This document shows, piece after piece, positions 1 through 8,458 of a stretch of 64,000 nucleotides of DNA; position 1 is the stretch's first letter; each line of letters starts with the position of its first letter. The translations under genes and the position numbers were made by a program. The notes beneath the pieces were generated by a model. The model saw only the letters and a list, made by a program, of their open reading frames with translations, did not search any database and was not told where the DNA came from. The DNA is from Burkholderiales bacterium. GTDB lineage: Bacteria; Pseudomonadota; Gammaproteobacteria; Burkholderiales; SG8-41. Where the stretch lies: positions 12,795 through 76,794 of the forward strand of contig DASPNJ010000083.1 in the NCBI GenBank assembly GCA_035626595.1, in the 5' to 3' direction.

Positions 1-115
1 TTATCGGTAAGTCGAGGGAAACGGGCTCGCGTTGTGCCGCCGAAGTCTCGGCTTCAGTGCGGTGGGACAGACTGCGGGACCCCCGGTCCGCAGCCTCGTT
101 GGCGCTGAGTATATG

Positions 116-586
116 CTACGACGGCGCAGACGACGCGACTGAACCTTGAATCGCGCTCCAGATACGCTCCGGCGTCGCCGGCATCTCGACATGCCGCACA
201 CCGAATTCCGAAAGCGCGTCGCCGATCGCGTTGATCATGACGCCGAGCGCCGGCGCCGTGCCGCCCTCGCCTGCCGGCCGCATACCGAACGGATGCGCCG
301 GTGAGGGTATCTCCACGTACTCCGCGTTGAAGAACGGAAAGTTCGCCGCGCGCGGCATCGCGTAGTCCATGAACGATCCCGACAGGAGCTGTCCGGTGTC
401 GGGGTCGTAATAGCAGTGCTCCATCAGCGCCTGTCCCACGCCCTGCGCGATGCCGCCGTGCACCTGCCCGTGCACGATCGCGGGATTGACCGCACGCCCC
501 ACGTCATCGACCGCGGTGTAGCGGACGATCTCCAGCGCGCCACTGTCGGGATCGATCTCGACCTCGATGCTCCAGCCATCCGCGTC
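116..586 (-). pseudogene. C-terminal remnant (~155 codons) of a molybdopterin-binding xanthine dehydrogenase / CO dehydrogenase large-subunit (CoxL-type) gene
   Basis: ORF 116..502 (GTG) plus in-frame upstream codons read DGWSIEVEIDPDSGALEIVRYTAVDDVGRAVNPAIVHGQVHGGIAQGVGQALME. This is the conserved C-terminal block of proteins that are normally >700 aa. Sequence further upstream is unrelated, and the next gene is on the other strand. Confidence 0.6.
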
Positions 587-716
587 TGTCGACGAGATGG
601 GGCTGCAACAGCACGAGCGTCGCGCCCAGCCCGCCGAACGCGAGCGCGCCGAGCTTGAGCAGCTCCCATCCGAGTACGAAAAGCTTCGGCGCCTCCCGAG
701 TCTCCGCAGCGCTCAT
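504..716 (-). pseudogene. N-terminal stump resembling a chromate-transporter (ChrA/CHR family) gene
   Basis: 70-aa ORF beginning MSAAETREAPKLFVLGWELLKLGALAFGGLGATLVLLQPHLVDRRGWL (FGG ... V.rrgWL pattern of CHR N-termini). After ~47 codons it runs, in a different frame, into the CoxL remnant. Confidence 0.35.
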
Positions 717-841
717 CGCATCCTCCCCTCATGACAGAATACCCCACGCGACAGACGTGCTGCGCGATGTGCTCTCCAGCCGCGCGATCATGTTCAAAGG
801 ATGCTGCTCATGTGCAAATCGCTACGCTCGACGGCGCTCGA

Positions 842-2320
842 ATGAGCGCGGCTTCTGCGGAATTCGATCTCGTCATTCGCGGCGGCACGGTCGCGACGGA
901 TGAGGACGTCTTCGAGACGGACGTGGGCGTGCGCGATGGCAAGATCGTCGCAGTCGGCCCCGATCTCGGTTCTGCCGTGCGTGAGCTCGACGCGCGCGGC
1001 AAGCTCGTGCTGCCGGGTGGCGTAGACAGCCACACACACATCGAGCAGGTCTCGTCATTCGGCATCATGACGGCCGACGACTTCTACACCGCGACCGTGT
1101 CGGCCGCGTTCGGCGGAACGACCACCGTCATCTGTTTCTGCGCGCAGCACCGCACAGACCGGATTCCCGTGGTGCTCGAGGACTACGCCGAGCGTGCGCG
1201 CACCAAGGCGATCATCGACTACGGCTTTCATCTGATCATCGCCAATCCCGATCGGGACACGCTTACGCGCGACCTGCCGGCGGCGATCGAACAGGGCATA
1301 CGCTCGTTCAAGATCTACACGACTTACGAGCGGCTGCACGTCACCGACAGGCAGGTGCTGGACGTGATGGCGGTCGCGCGCAAGCACGGTGCGCTGGTGA
1401 TGGTCCACGCCGAGAACCACGGCGTCATCTCGTGGCTCGGCGACCGCATGATCGAGCAGGGCAACGTCGCCCCGCGCTACCACGGCATCTGCCACACGCG
1501 CGGCGCCGAGCACGAGGCGATCAACCGGATCGCGATGCTCGCGGAGCTGATCGACGTCCCGGTGCTGATCGTGCACGTCTCCACGATCGAAGGGATCGAA
1601 GCCATCCGGCAGGCGCGTGCCCGCGGCGTCAAGATCTACGGCGAGACGTGCCCGCAGTATCTCTTCCTCACCGCGAAGGACCTCGACCGGCCGGGGCTCG
1701 AGGGCGCGATGTTCTGCTGCAGCCCGCCGCCGCGCGACGAAGCCGCGCAGGAAGCGTGCTGGCATGGCCTCGCGGACGGCGCGCTCAATGTCTGCTCGTC
1801 GGACCACTCGCCGTATCGCTACGACGCGAGCGGCAAGCTCCCGAAAGGCGAGCGCACCACGTTCAAGGACATGGCGAATGGCGTGCCGGGCATCGAGCTG
1901 CGCATGCCGCTGCTCTTCACGTTTGGCTACCGCGCGCGGCGGCTGACGCTCCCGGATTTCGTCGCGCTCACCGCGACGCGTCACGCACAAATCTACGGCT
2001 GCTACCCGCAGAAGGGCACGATCGCCGAAGGCTCCGATGCGGACATCGCGATCTGGGACCCGGAGCGGCGCGTTACGATCACGCACGATCTCGTGCACGA
2101 CAACGCGGGCTACACGCCGTATGCCGGCCGCGAGCTCCAGGGCTGGCCGGTCACCGTGATCTCGCGCGCAGAGGTGATCGTCGAGGACGGCAAGGTCCAC
2201 GCGCAACGCGGCCGCGGGCGCTTCATTCCCCGCGTGCTGTCGGACGCGGCCGTGCCGGCTGGGCTCAAGGTGCCGGAGATGGAACAGCTCGACGCGTGGG
2301 GCACGCCGCTCCAGCTATAG
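842..2320 (+). CDS. D-hydantoinase / dihydropyrimidinase (cyclic amidohydrolase)
   Basis: FDLVIRGGTV...DVGVRDGKIVAVG...LPGGVDSHTHIEQ (HxH metal motif), ~490 aa amidohydrolase layout. The ORF opens at 731, but the ATG at 842 gives the usual short N-terminus. Confidence 0.85.
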   Translation: MSAASAEFDLVIRGGTVATDEDVFETDVGVRDGKIVAVGPDLGSAVRELDARGKLVLPGGVDSHTHIEQVSSFGIMTADDFYTATVSAAFGGTTTVICFCAQHRTDRIPVVLEDYAERARTKAIIDYGFHLIIANPDRDTLTRDLPAAIEQGIRSFKIYTTYERLHVTDRQVLDVMAVARKHGALVMVHAENHGVISWLGDRMIEQGNVAPRYHGICHTRGAEHEAINRIAMLAELIDVPVLIVHVSTIEGIEAIRQARARGVKIYGETCPQYLFLTAKDLDRPGLEGAMFCCSPPPRDEAAQEACWHGLADGALNVCSSDHSPYRYDASGKLPKGERTTFKDMANGVPGIELRMPLLFTFGYRARRLTLPDFVALTATRHAQIYGCYPQKGTIAEGSDADIAIWDPERRVTITHDLVHDNAGYTPYAGRELQGWPVTVISRAEVIVEDGKVHAQRGRGRFIPRVLSDAAVPAGLKVPEMEQLDAWGTPLQL

Positions 2321-2327
2321 GCGACAC

Positions 2328-3674
2328 ATGAAACCGAATATCGTTCTGATCCTGGCGGACAACCTCGGCTGGGGCGAGCTCGGCTGCTACGGCGGCGGCG
2401 TGCTGCGCGGCGCGCCGACACCCCGCATCGACGCACTCGCGGCCGAAGGGCTGCGACTCACCAACTTCAACGTCGAGAGCGACTGCGTGCCGACGCGCTC
2501 CGCCCTCATGACGGGGCGGCATCCGATTCGCACCGGTGCGCTTCAGTCGGTCCCCGCGGGACTGCCGCAGGGGATCGTCCCGTGGGAAGTCACGCTCGCA
2601 CAGCTCATCAAGGCGCAGGGTTACGCGACCGCGATTTACGGCAAGTGGCATCTCGGCGACCGGCCCGGGCGCTACCCGACCGACCGCGGCTTCGACGAGT
2701 GGTACGGGATTCCGCGCACGACGAACGAGAGCATGTTCACGAGCACGCCCGGGTACGACCCTGCGGTCGCTCCGCTGCCGTACGTCCTCGAAGGCCGCAC
2801 CGGCGAGGCGGTGAAGAACGTCGCCATCTATGACCTCGAGATGCGCCGCCGCATCGATTCGGATCTCGTCTCACGCACGAACGCGTTCATGCGCCGGCAC
2901 TCGCAAGGCGGCACGCCGTTCTTCGCCTACGTTCCGCTGACGCAGCTCCACTATCCGACGATCCCACACCACGACTTCGCCGGTAAGACGGGCGCGGGGG
3001 ATTTCGCCGATTCGATGGTCGAGATGGATCACCGTGTCGGGCAGATCGTCGATGAGGTGAACGCGCTCGGGCTACGCGACAACACCGTGTTCATCTTCGC
3101 GAGCGACAACGGCCCCGAATTTCGCAAGCCGTGGCGCGGCACCGCGGGCCCGTGGCGCGGCACCTATCACACGTCGATGGAAGGCTCGCTGCGCGTGCCG
3201 TTCATGATCCGCTGGCCGGGCCGCATTCCCGCGGGCGCGGTATCCAACGAGATCGTGCACGTGACCGACCTCTTCGTAACGCTCGCCGGCATCGCCGGCG
3301 CACGCGTGCCCGGGGATCGGCCGATCGACGGCGTCGATCAGGTCGATTTTTTCACGAACCCGTCAGGCAAATCGAGGCGCGAAGGCTTCGTCTACTACAT
3401 CAAAAACGAGCTCCGCGCCGCGAAGTGGCGCGACTGGAAGATGCACATGGTGTGGGAGCCCGAACCCAACATCGGCCCCAATCACCTGGAGACACCGTGG
3501 GTGTTCAACGTCATTCGGGATCCGAAGGAAGAGACCGACGTCGGCAACGAGCATAGCTGGGTGCGTCTGCCGCTGCGGCGGATGGTGCATGAATTTCAGG
3601 AGAGCCTGAAGCGCTTCCCACCGATCCCCTCGGGAGCGCCGGACGATTTCACGCCGCGCGCCGCGAAAGCCTGA
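2328..3674 (+). CDS. Cys-type sulfatase (arylsulfatase family), no signal peptide
   Basis: MKPNIVLILADNLGWGELGCYGGG and the formylglycine motif SDCVPTRSALMTGR (C-x-P-x-R). Begins 7 nt after the hydantoinase stop. Confidence 0.85.
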   Translation: MKPNIVLILADNLGWGELGCYGGGVLRGAPTPRIDALAAEGLRLTNFNVESDCVPTRSALMTGRHPIRTGALQSVPAGLPQGIVPWEVTLAQLIKAQGYATAIYGKWHLGDRPGRYPTDRGFDEWYGIPRTTNESMFTSTPGYDPAVAPLPYVLEGRTGEAVKNVAIYDLEMRRRIDSDLVSRTNAFMRRHSQGGTPFFAYVPLTQLHYPTIPHHDFAGKTGAGDFADSMVEMDHRVGQIVDEVNALGLRDNTVFIFASDNGPEFRKPWRGTAGPWRGTYHTSMEGSLRVPFMIRWPGRIPAGAVSNEIVHVTDLFVTLAGIAGARVPGDRPIDGVDQVDFFTNPSGKSRREGFVYYIKNELRAAKWRDWKMHMVWEPEPNIGPNHLETPWVFNVIRDPKEETDVGNEHSWVRLPLRRMVHEFQESLKRFPPIPSGAPDDFTPRAAKA

Positions 3675-3675
3675 C

Positions 3676-4071
3676 ATGGAACCCGCCCGAAACGAGCATG
3701 CAGACAGCATCGCCGCGGCGATCTGCGTGCTCGAGGCACACTTCGACGCGCTCAATGTCGGCGATGCCGCCGCGCTCGCGGCCACGCTTCACTTTCCGCA
3801 CTATCGTCTTGCCGGGACGCGCATGCAGGTGTGGCAGACGCCGGAGAATTACCTAGCCGATTTCCACGCGCGCGCGGGCGAAGGCTGGCACCACAGCGAG
3901 TGGGATTTTCGCAACGTGATCGCGGCCAGTGCGGACAAGGTGCACTTCGAGACGCAGTTCACCCGCTACCGCATCGATGGCTCGATGATGGGAAGCTATC
4001 GCTCGATCTGGGTCGTGACTTACATCGGCGGCCGCTGGGCGGCGCAGTTGCGGTCGAGCTTCGCCGGCTGA
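3676..4071 (+). CDS. NTF2/SnoaL-like fold protein, function unknown
   Basis: 131 aa, starts 1 nt after the sulfatase stop. The size and the pattern (AHFDALNVGDAAALAATLHFP ... W ... RIDG ... WAAQ) are typical of SnoaL/DUF4440-like proteins. GC3-rich codons. Confidence 0.5.
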   Translation: MEPARNEHADSIAAAICVLEAHFDALNVGDAAALAATLHFPHYRLAGTRMQVWQTPENYLADFHARAGEGWHHSEWDFRNVIAASADKVHFETQFTRYRIDGSMMGSYRSIWVVTYIGGRWAAQLRSSFAG

Positions 4072-4111
4072 TCGCGTTGCGCCGGCAGCGCACCCCTACG
4101 GTGCTGATCGC

Positions 4112-4135
4112 GGTGCGCTATCAGCGCACCCTAAG
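4112..4135 (+). repeat. REP family A copy (GGTGCGC-N5-GCGCACC-CTAAG)
   Basis: 7-bp stem, 5-nt loop hairpin plus CTA(A/C)G tail. Lies between two convergent stop codons (4071 and 4169). A degenerate half copy sits at 4086-4110. Confidence 0.85.
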
Positions 4136-4168
4136 AAATGCAGGCGTTTTCCGATTCCGACGCGTCGC

Positions 4169-5362
4169 TTATACGGCCACGTCCGCGCGCAGCCGCGCGA
4201 TGTCGGCGTCGCTGTAGCCGAGCTCGCGCAGGATCTCGTCGGTGTGCTCGCCGCGCTCGGGCGTCGCAGTGCGGATCTCGCTCGGCGTGCGCGACAGCAC
4301 GAACGGCTGATTGACGAGGCGGATCTCGCCGAGCGCGGGATGCTCGACCGGTGCCGCCATCCCGAGGTGCTTCACCTGCGGGTCGTCGAAGACTTCGTTC
4401 ATGCGGTAGATCGGGCCGCTCGCGACACCGCCGGCTTCGAGCATCGCGATCAGCGCCGCGCTCGTGTAGCGGCGGGTGCGCTCCGAAAGCTCGCGGTTCA
4501 CTGCTTCGCGGTTTTTCGATCGCTGCGTGTCCGAAGAAAATTCGGGCCGCATGATCAGCTCCTCCGCCTGCAGCGCGCGACACAGCCGTTCCCACATCGC
4601 CTGCTCGCCCGCCGCGATGTTCACGTGGCCGTCCGAAGTCGGAAAGACGCCGGTCGGGATCGAGGTGGGATGATCGTTGCCCGTCTGACCGGGCACCTCT
4701 CCCGCGACGAGCCAGCGCGCCGCCTGAAAATCGAGCAGCGCGATCATCGCCTGTAAAAGCGAGATCTGGACCCACTGCCCCTGGCCGGACTCCTCGCGCT
4801 CGAGCAGCGCAGTGAGGATACCGAGCGCGCCGTAGAGTCCCGCCGCCGAATCCGCGACAGCGATCCCGGCGCGCATCGGCCCGCGTCCCGGCTCGCCCGT
4901 GATCGCCATGAGTCCGCCCATGCCCTGCGCGATCTGGTCGAAACCGGGCCGCTTCGCGTACGGCCCGTCCTGACCAAAGCCCGAAACGCTGGCGTACACG
5001 AGCCGTGGATTCGTCTGCTTGAGCGTCTCGTAGTCGATGCCGAGCCGCGTCTTCACGTCCGGGCGGAAGTTCTCGACCACGACGTCGGCGCGATCGGCGA
5101 GCTTGCGGAAGATCGCGAGTCCCTCCGGGTGCTTGAGATTGAGCGTCATCGCCCGCTTGTTGCGGTGCAGATTCTGAAAATCGGGGCCGTGGCGCGCGCC
5201 GCCCCAGCCGTCGCTCTGCTCGAGGTTCTCCGGGGTCTCGACCTTGATCACGTCGGCGCCCCAGTCGGCGAGCTGCCGTACCGCCGTGGGCCCCGAGCGC
5301 ACGCGGGTGAGATCGAGCACCCTGAAACGCGAGAGCGGACCGCGGCGCGTCGCCACGCTCAT
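4169..5362 (-). CDS. Family III (CaiB/BaiF) CoA-transferase
   Basis: FRVLDLTRVRSGPTAVRQLADWGADVIKVE and the catalytic-Asp block PGFDQIAQGMGG. The ATG at 5362 overlaps the upstream stop (ATGA). The longer 562-aa ORF is an Arg-rich out-of-gene extension. Confidence 0.9.
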   Translation of the reverse strand: MSVATRRGPLSRFRVLDLTRVRSGPTAVRQLADWGADVIKVETPENLEQSDGWGGARHGPDFQNLHRNKRAMTLNLKHPEGLAIFRKLADRADVVVENFRPDVKTRLGIDYETLKQTNPRLVYASVSGFGQDGPYAKRPGFDQIAQGMGGLMAITGEPGRGPMRAGIAVADSAAGLYGALGILTALLEREESGQGQWVQISLLQAMIALLDFQAARWLVAGEVPGQTGNDHPTSIPTGVFPTSDGHVNIAAGEQAMWERLCRALQAEELIMRPEFSSDTQRSKNREAVNRELSERTRRYTSAALIAMLEAGGVASGPIYRMNEVFDDPQVKHLGMAAPVEHPALGEIRLVNQPFVLSRTPSEIRTATPERGEHTDEILRELGYSDADIARLRADVAV

Positions 5363-6150
5363 CGTCCCCTGAAGTTCGGGCTGCGCTTCGCGGCGAACGC
5401 CGCGCGGCCTTCCTGGTAATCGTCGCTGGTGAAGCACGTGTCGATCGCCGACTGCGCGTTGGCGAAATCGCGCTCGGCGGCCGGTCTCTCGTACTCGAGG
5501 AACGCAGTCTTGAGCGCGCAGAGCGTGAGCGGCGCGTTCGCTGCGATGAGCTCGGCGTACGCGAGAACCTCGCGCTCGAAATCGGCCGCGGGCCAGACGC
5601 GATCGATGAGCCCGATCTGCAGCGCTTCGGCGGCCGAAAGCCGGCGCGCGGTAAAGAACATGTCGCGCGCGCGCATGTAGCCGATCACGCGGCCGATGCG
5701 CTCGATGCCTTCGTGGCCGTAGCCCAGCCCGAGCCTGCCCGCAGGCACCGAGAACGTGGCGTCGTCGGATGCGAGCCGCAGGTCGCAGCTCGTCGCGAAG
5801 TCGAGACCGCCGCCGATGCAGTAACCGCGGATCATCGCGATCGTCGGCTTGGCGCACCGGTAGACGGCGTTGTAAGCCGCCTCGCTCACCTCGTTGTAAT
5901 GGCGGTTGCGGCTGGGGTCGGATCTCACTTCACCGAAGCTCGAGATGTCGGAGCCTGCCGCGAATGCGCGCTCGCCAGCGCCGGTGACGATGACCACACG
6001 CACGTCGGGATCGGTTTCGAAGCTGCGGATCGCCGGCGGCACCGCTTCAGCCATGTCGAGCGAGATCGCGTTGTGCCGCGCCGGGTTATTGAAGACGAGG
6101 CGTGCGATCGCGCCTTCGTGCCGGGTGATGATTCGTTCGGTTGTGCTCAT
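5359..6150 (-). CDS. Enoyl-CoA hydratase/isomerase (crotonase) family protein
   Basis: 263 aa: ARLVFNNPARHNAIS ... VVIVTGAGERAFAAGSDI ... IRGYCIGGGLD. Start lies 5 nt after the hyuA stop. Confidence 0.9.
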   Translation of the reverse strand: MSTTERIITRHEGAIARLVFNNPARHNAISLDMAEAVPPAIRSFETDPDVRVVIVTGAGERAFAAGSDISSFGEVRSDPSRNRHYNEVSEAAYNAVYRCAKPTIAMIRGYCIGGGLDFATSCDLRLASDDATFSVPAGRLGLGYGHEGIERIGRVIGYMRARDMFFTARRLSAAEALQIGLIDRVWPAADFEREVLAYAELIAANAPLTLCALKTAFLEYERPAAERDFANAQSAIDTCFTSDDYQEGRAAFAAKRSPNFRGR

Positions 6151-6155
6151 CGCTC

Positions 6156-8240
6156 TCAATCCGCCAGGTCGACTACGATGTTGCCGGACGCGTCGGTCAC
6201 CGCGCGTGCTCCGGGGGGCACGATCAGCGTGGAAGACGCCTCCTCCACGATCGCGGGGCCGTCGATGGCATCGCCGGCGCACAGCGCGAACCGGTCGTAG
6301 ACCGGCACCTCGTCGTATGCGCTCGAGGCCGGCACCCACGCGCGGCGCCTGCCCTTCACCGCGGGCCCCCTTGCGCGCTGCGTCGCGCCTGTCTCCAGCC
6401 GGCCGTCTCCGGTCGGCGCCGAGACCGCCACGCGAATATTGATGAGCTCGATGGCCGCGACCGGCGGCACTTTTCCGAACATCTGGCGATAGGTCTCGAG
6501 AAAGGCTTCCCGGATCGACGGTTCGGACGCCGCCGTATAGGGGCCGGGCGGCAACGCGGTCACGAGCTCGAAGCCCTGTCCAACGAAGCGTATGTCCGCC
6601 GCGCGAGCGACCGACGTGTGGGCGCGTCCCGGGAGCGTCTTCTCGATGACACTCCTCGCCTCGTTTTCCAGCGCCGCATAGGCCGATTCGAGCTCCGGCC
6701 ACGACATCTGGTCGAGGCGCCGCGTGACGGTGCCGACGCGGTCGATGCGCGCCGGGGCCATCAGCAGCCCCAGCGCGGACGCGACACCGGCGCCCGGCGG
6801 ACAGATCACGCGGCGGATACCGAGTCGCCGCGCGACTTCGCAGCCGTGAAGCGGTCCGCCGCCGCCCGTGACGAGCAGCGCGAAGTGGTCGGCCTGGTGT
6901 CCGCGCTCCGCGATGTGCACGCGCGCGGCGGCAGCCATGTTCTCGTTGACCACCGAGTGGATGCCCCAGGCGAGCTCCGGGACGCCGAGCTTCGACGCGC
7001 TCGCCAGCGGCTCGATGGCCTGCTTCGCTGCGGACGCATCGATCGGCATCGTGCCGCCCGCGAAGTTGTCCGCGTCGAGATACGAGAGCGTCAGGTTCGC
7101 GTCGGTGACCGTCGCAGCATTGCCGCCGCGCTTGTAGCACGCAGGACCCGGCGCCGCGCCCGCGCTGTGCGGCCCCACTTTCAGCAGGCCCAGCGTGTCG
7201 ATCGCGGCGATGCTGCCGCCGCCGGCGCCGATTTCGATCAGCTCGACGGTCGAGATGTTGAGCGGAAGCCCGCTGCCTTCGGCGAAACGCTTCTGCCGGC
7301 CCGTTTCGAAGCGGTACGCGATGAGCGGCTCGCCCTTGTCGATGATGGAGAGCTTGGCCGTCGTGCCGCCCATGTCGAACGCGAGCACGTCGGACACACC
7401 CGATCGCGTGCCGAAAAACGCACCGGCGAGCGCACCGGCAGCGGGGCCTGATTCGAGCAACTGGATGGGGACGCGCTTCGCTTCGTCGATATGCGTGAGG
7501 CCGCCGTTCGAGAGCATCATGAAAAGCGGCGCCGTGATGCCGAGTGTCGCGATCTCGCGGCTCATGAGCTCGAGGTAGCTGTCGGCGAGCGGCTTGATGT
7601 ACGCGTTCGCGACGGTCGTCGAGGTGCGCTCGAACTCGCGGATCTGCGGCGACACGTCGCTGGAGAGCGAAACGAAGAGGCCCGGATACGCCTTGCGCAG
7701 GAGCTCTCCCGCGCGGCGTTCGTGCGCGGGATTGGCATAGGCGTGCAGAAACACCACGGCGATCGAGGTGACGCCGGCGGCGCGCAGCTCTTTCGCACGC
7801 GCGAGCAGCGCTTCCTCGTCGAGCGGCGTCTCGGGCGTGCCGTCGACGCGCATGCGCTCCTTGACCTCGACTCTCAACGCGCGGCGCACGAGCGGCCTCG
7901 GCAGCTCGATAAAGAGGTCGTAGAGCTCGTACTTGTGCTCGCGCTGCATCTCGAGCGTGTCGCGAAAGCCGGCCGTGGTGATGAGACCGGTCACCGCGCC
8001 CTTGCGTTCGATCAGCGCATTCGTGAAGAGCGTCGTCGCGTGCACCACCCGCACGACTTGCGCATAGGGGATCTCGTGCTCCTCGAAGAGCCGCCGGATG
8101 CCGTTGATCACGCCCTTGTGCGGCGCGTCCGGCGTCGTGAGCTCCTTGTGCGAGAGCGACTGCGCGCGCGCGTGGTCGTAAACGACGATGTCGGTGAAGG
8201 TGCCGCCAATGTCGATGGCGAGGGAGTAAGTGGATGTCAT
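6156..8240 (-). CDS. hyuA: Hydantoinase/oxoprolinase family, A (beta-type) subunit
   Basis: MTSTYSLAIDIGGTFTDIVVYD ... AFDMGGTTAKLS, ~694 aa. The 50 extra N-terminal codons of the listed ORF are encoded by repeat family C and were discarded. Confidence 0.9.
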   Translation of the reverse strand: MTSTYSLAIDIGGTFTDIVVYDHARAQSLSHKELTTPDAPHKGVINGIRRLFEEHEIPYAQVVRVVHATTLFTNALIERKGAVTGLITTAGFRDTLEMQREHKYELYDLFIELPRPLVRRALRVEVKERMRVDGTPETPLDEEALLARAKELRAAGVTSIAVVFLHAYANPAHERRAGELLRKAYPGLFVSLSSDVSPQIREFERTSTTVANAYIKPLADSYLELMSREIATLGITAPLFMMLSNGGLTHIDEAKRVPIQLLESGPAAGALAGAFFGTRSGVSDVLAFDMGGTTAKLSIIDKGEPLIAYRFETGRQKRFAEGSGLPLNISTVELIEIGAGGGSIAAIDTLGLLKVGPHSAGAAPGPACYKRGGNAATVTDANLTLSYLDADNFAGGTMPIDASAAKQAIEPLASASKLGVPELAWGIHSVVNENMAAAARVHIAERGHQADHFALLVTGGGGPLHGCEVARRLGIRRVICPPGAGVASALGLLMAPARIDRVGTVTRRLDQMSWPELESAYAALENEARSVIEKTLPGRAHTSVARAADIRFVGQGFELVTALPPGPYTAASEPSIREAFLETYRQMFGKVPPVAAIELINIRVAVSAPTGDGRLETGATQRARGPAVKGRRRAWVPASSAYDEVPVYDRFALCAGDAIDGPAIVEEASSTLIVPPGARAVTDASGNIVVDLAD

Positions 8241-8279
8241 TTCAATGTGCTGCAGTGGATTCCCGCCTTGCAATGCCGT

Positions 8280-8388
8280 GTCATCGCGAGCCGCGAACAG
8301 GCGCGGCGTGGCGATCGCGTGGCGCACGCAAAGCCACGTTCGCAGACGGGATTGCCGCGGCGGAGCATTGGCTCCGCCTCGCAATGAC
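8280..8388 (-). repeat. Family C MITE-like element (~109 nt, terminal inverted repeats GTCAT(T/C)GCGAG...CTCGC(A/G)ATGAC)
   Basis: Reverse complement aligns over its whole length with 12637-12743 and 53790-53898. Sits in the 218-nt gap between hyuB and hyuA. Extra GGGAATGACG fragments follow at 8404-8456. Confidence 0.85.
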
Positions 8389-8458
8389 ACGGTAGCACTT
8401 CGGGGGAATGACGATCGAAGGGTGAAAGAGACGATCTAAAAGTAGCGGGAATGACGAC

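Noticed and set aside
1-115. Hairpins (CTGCGGGACC-CC-GGTCCGCAG, GCCGAGACTTCGGC) downstream of the CoxL remnant as a terminator
   Set aside because: No T-tract follows on the relevant strand, the upstream gene is a remnant, and the window edge prevents seeing the context.
4169-8390. N-terminally extended versions of real genes (4169..5857, 5359..7140, 6156..8390; likewise 15405.., 20794..21843, 26568.., 26882.., 35948.., 40154..41299, 51783.., 61816..63039)
   Set aside because: The extensions run through upstream genes in another frame or through repeat elements. Internal ATG/GTG codons with SD-like sequences or 4-nt stop/start overlaps give proteins of canonical length.
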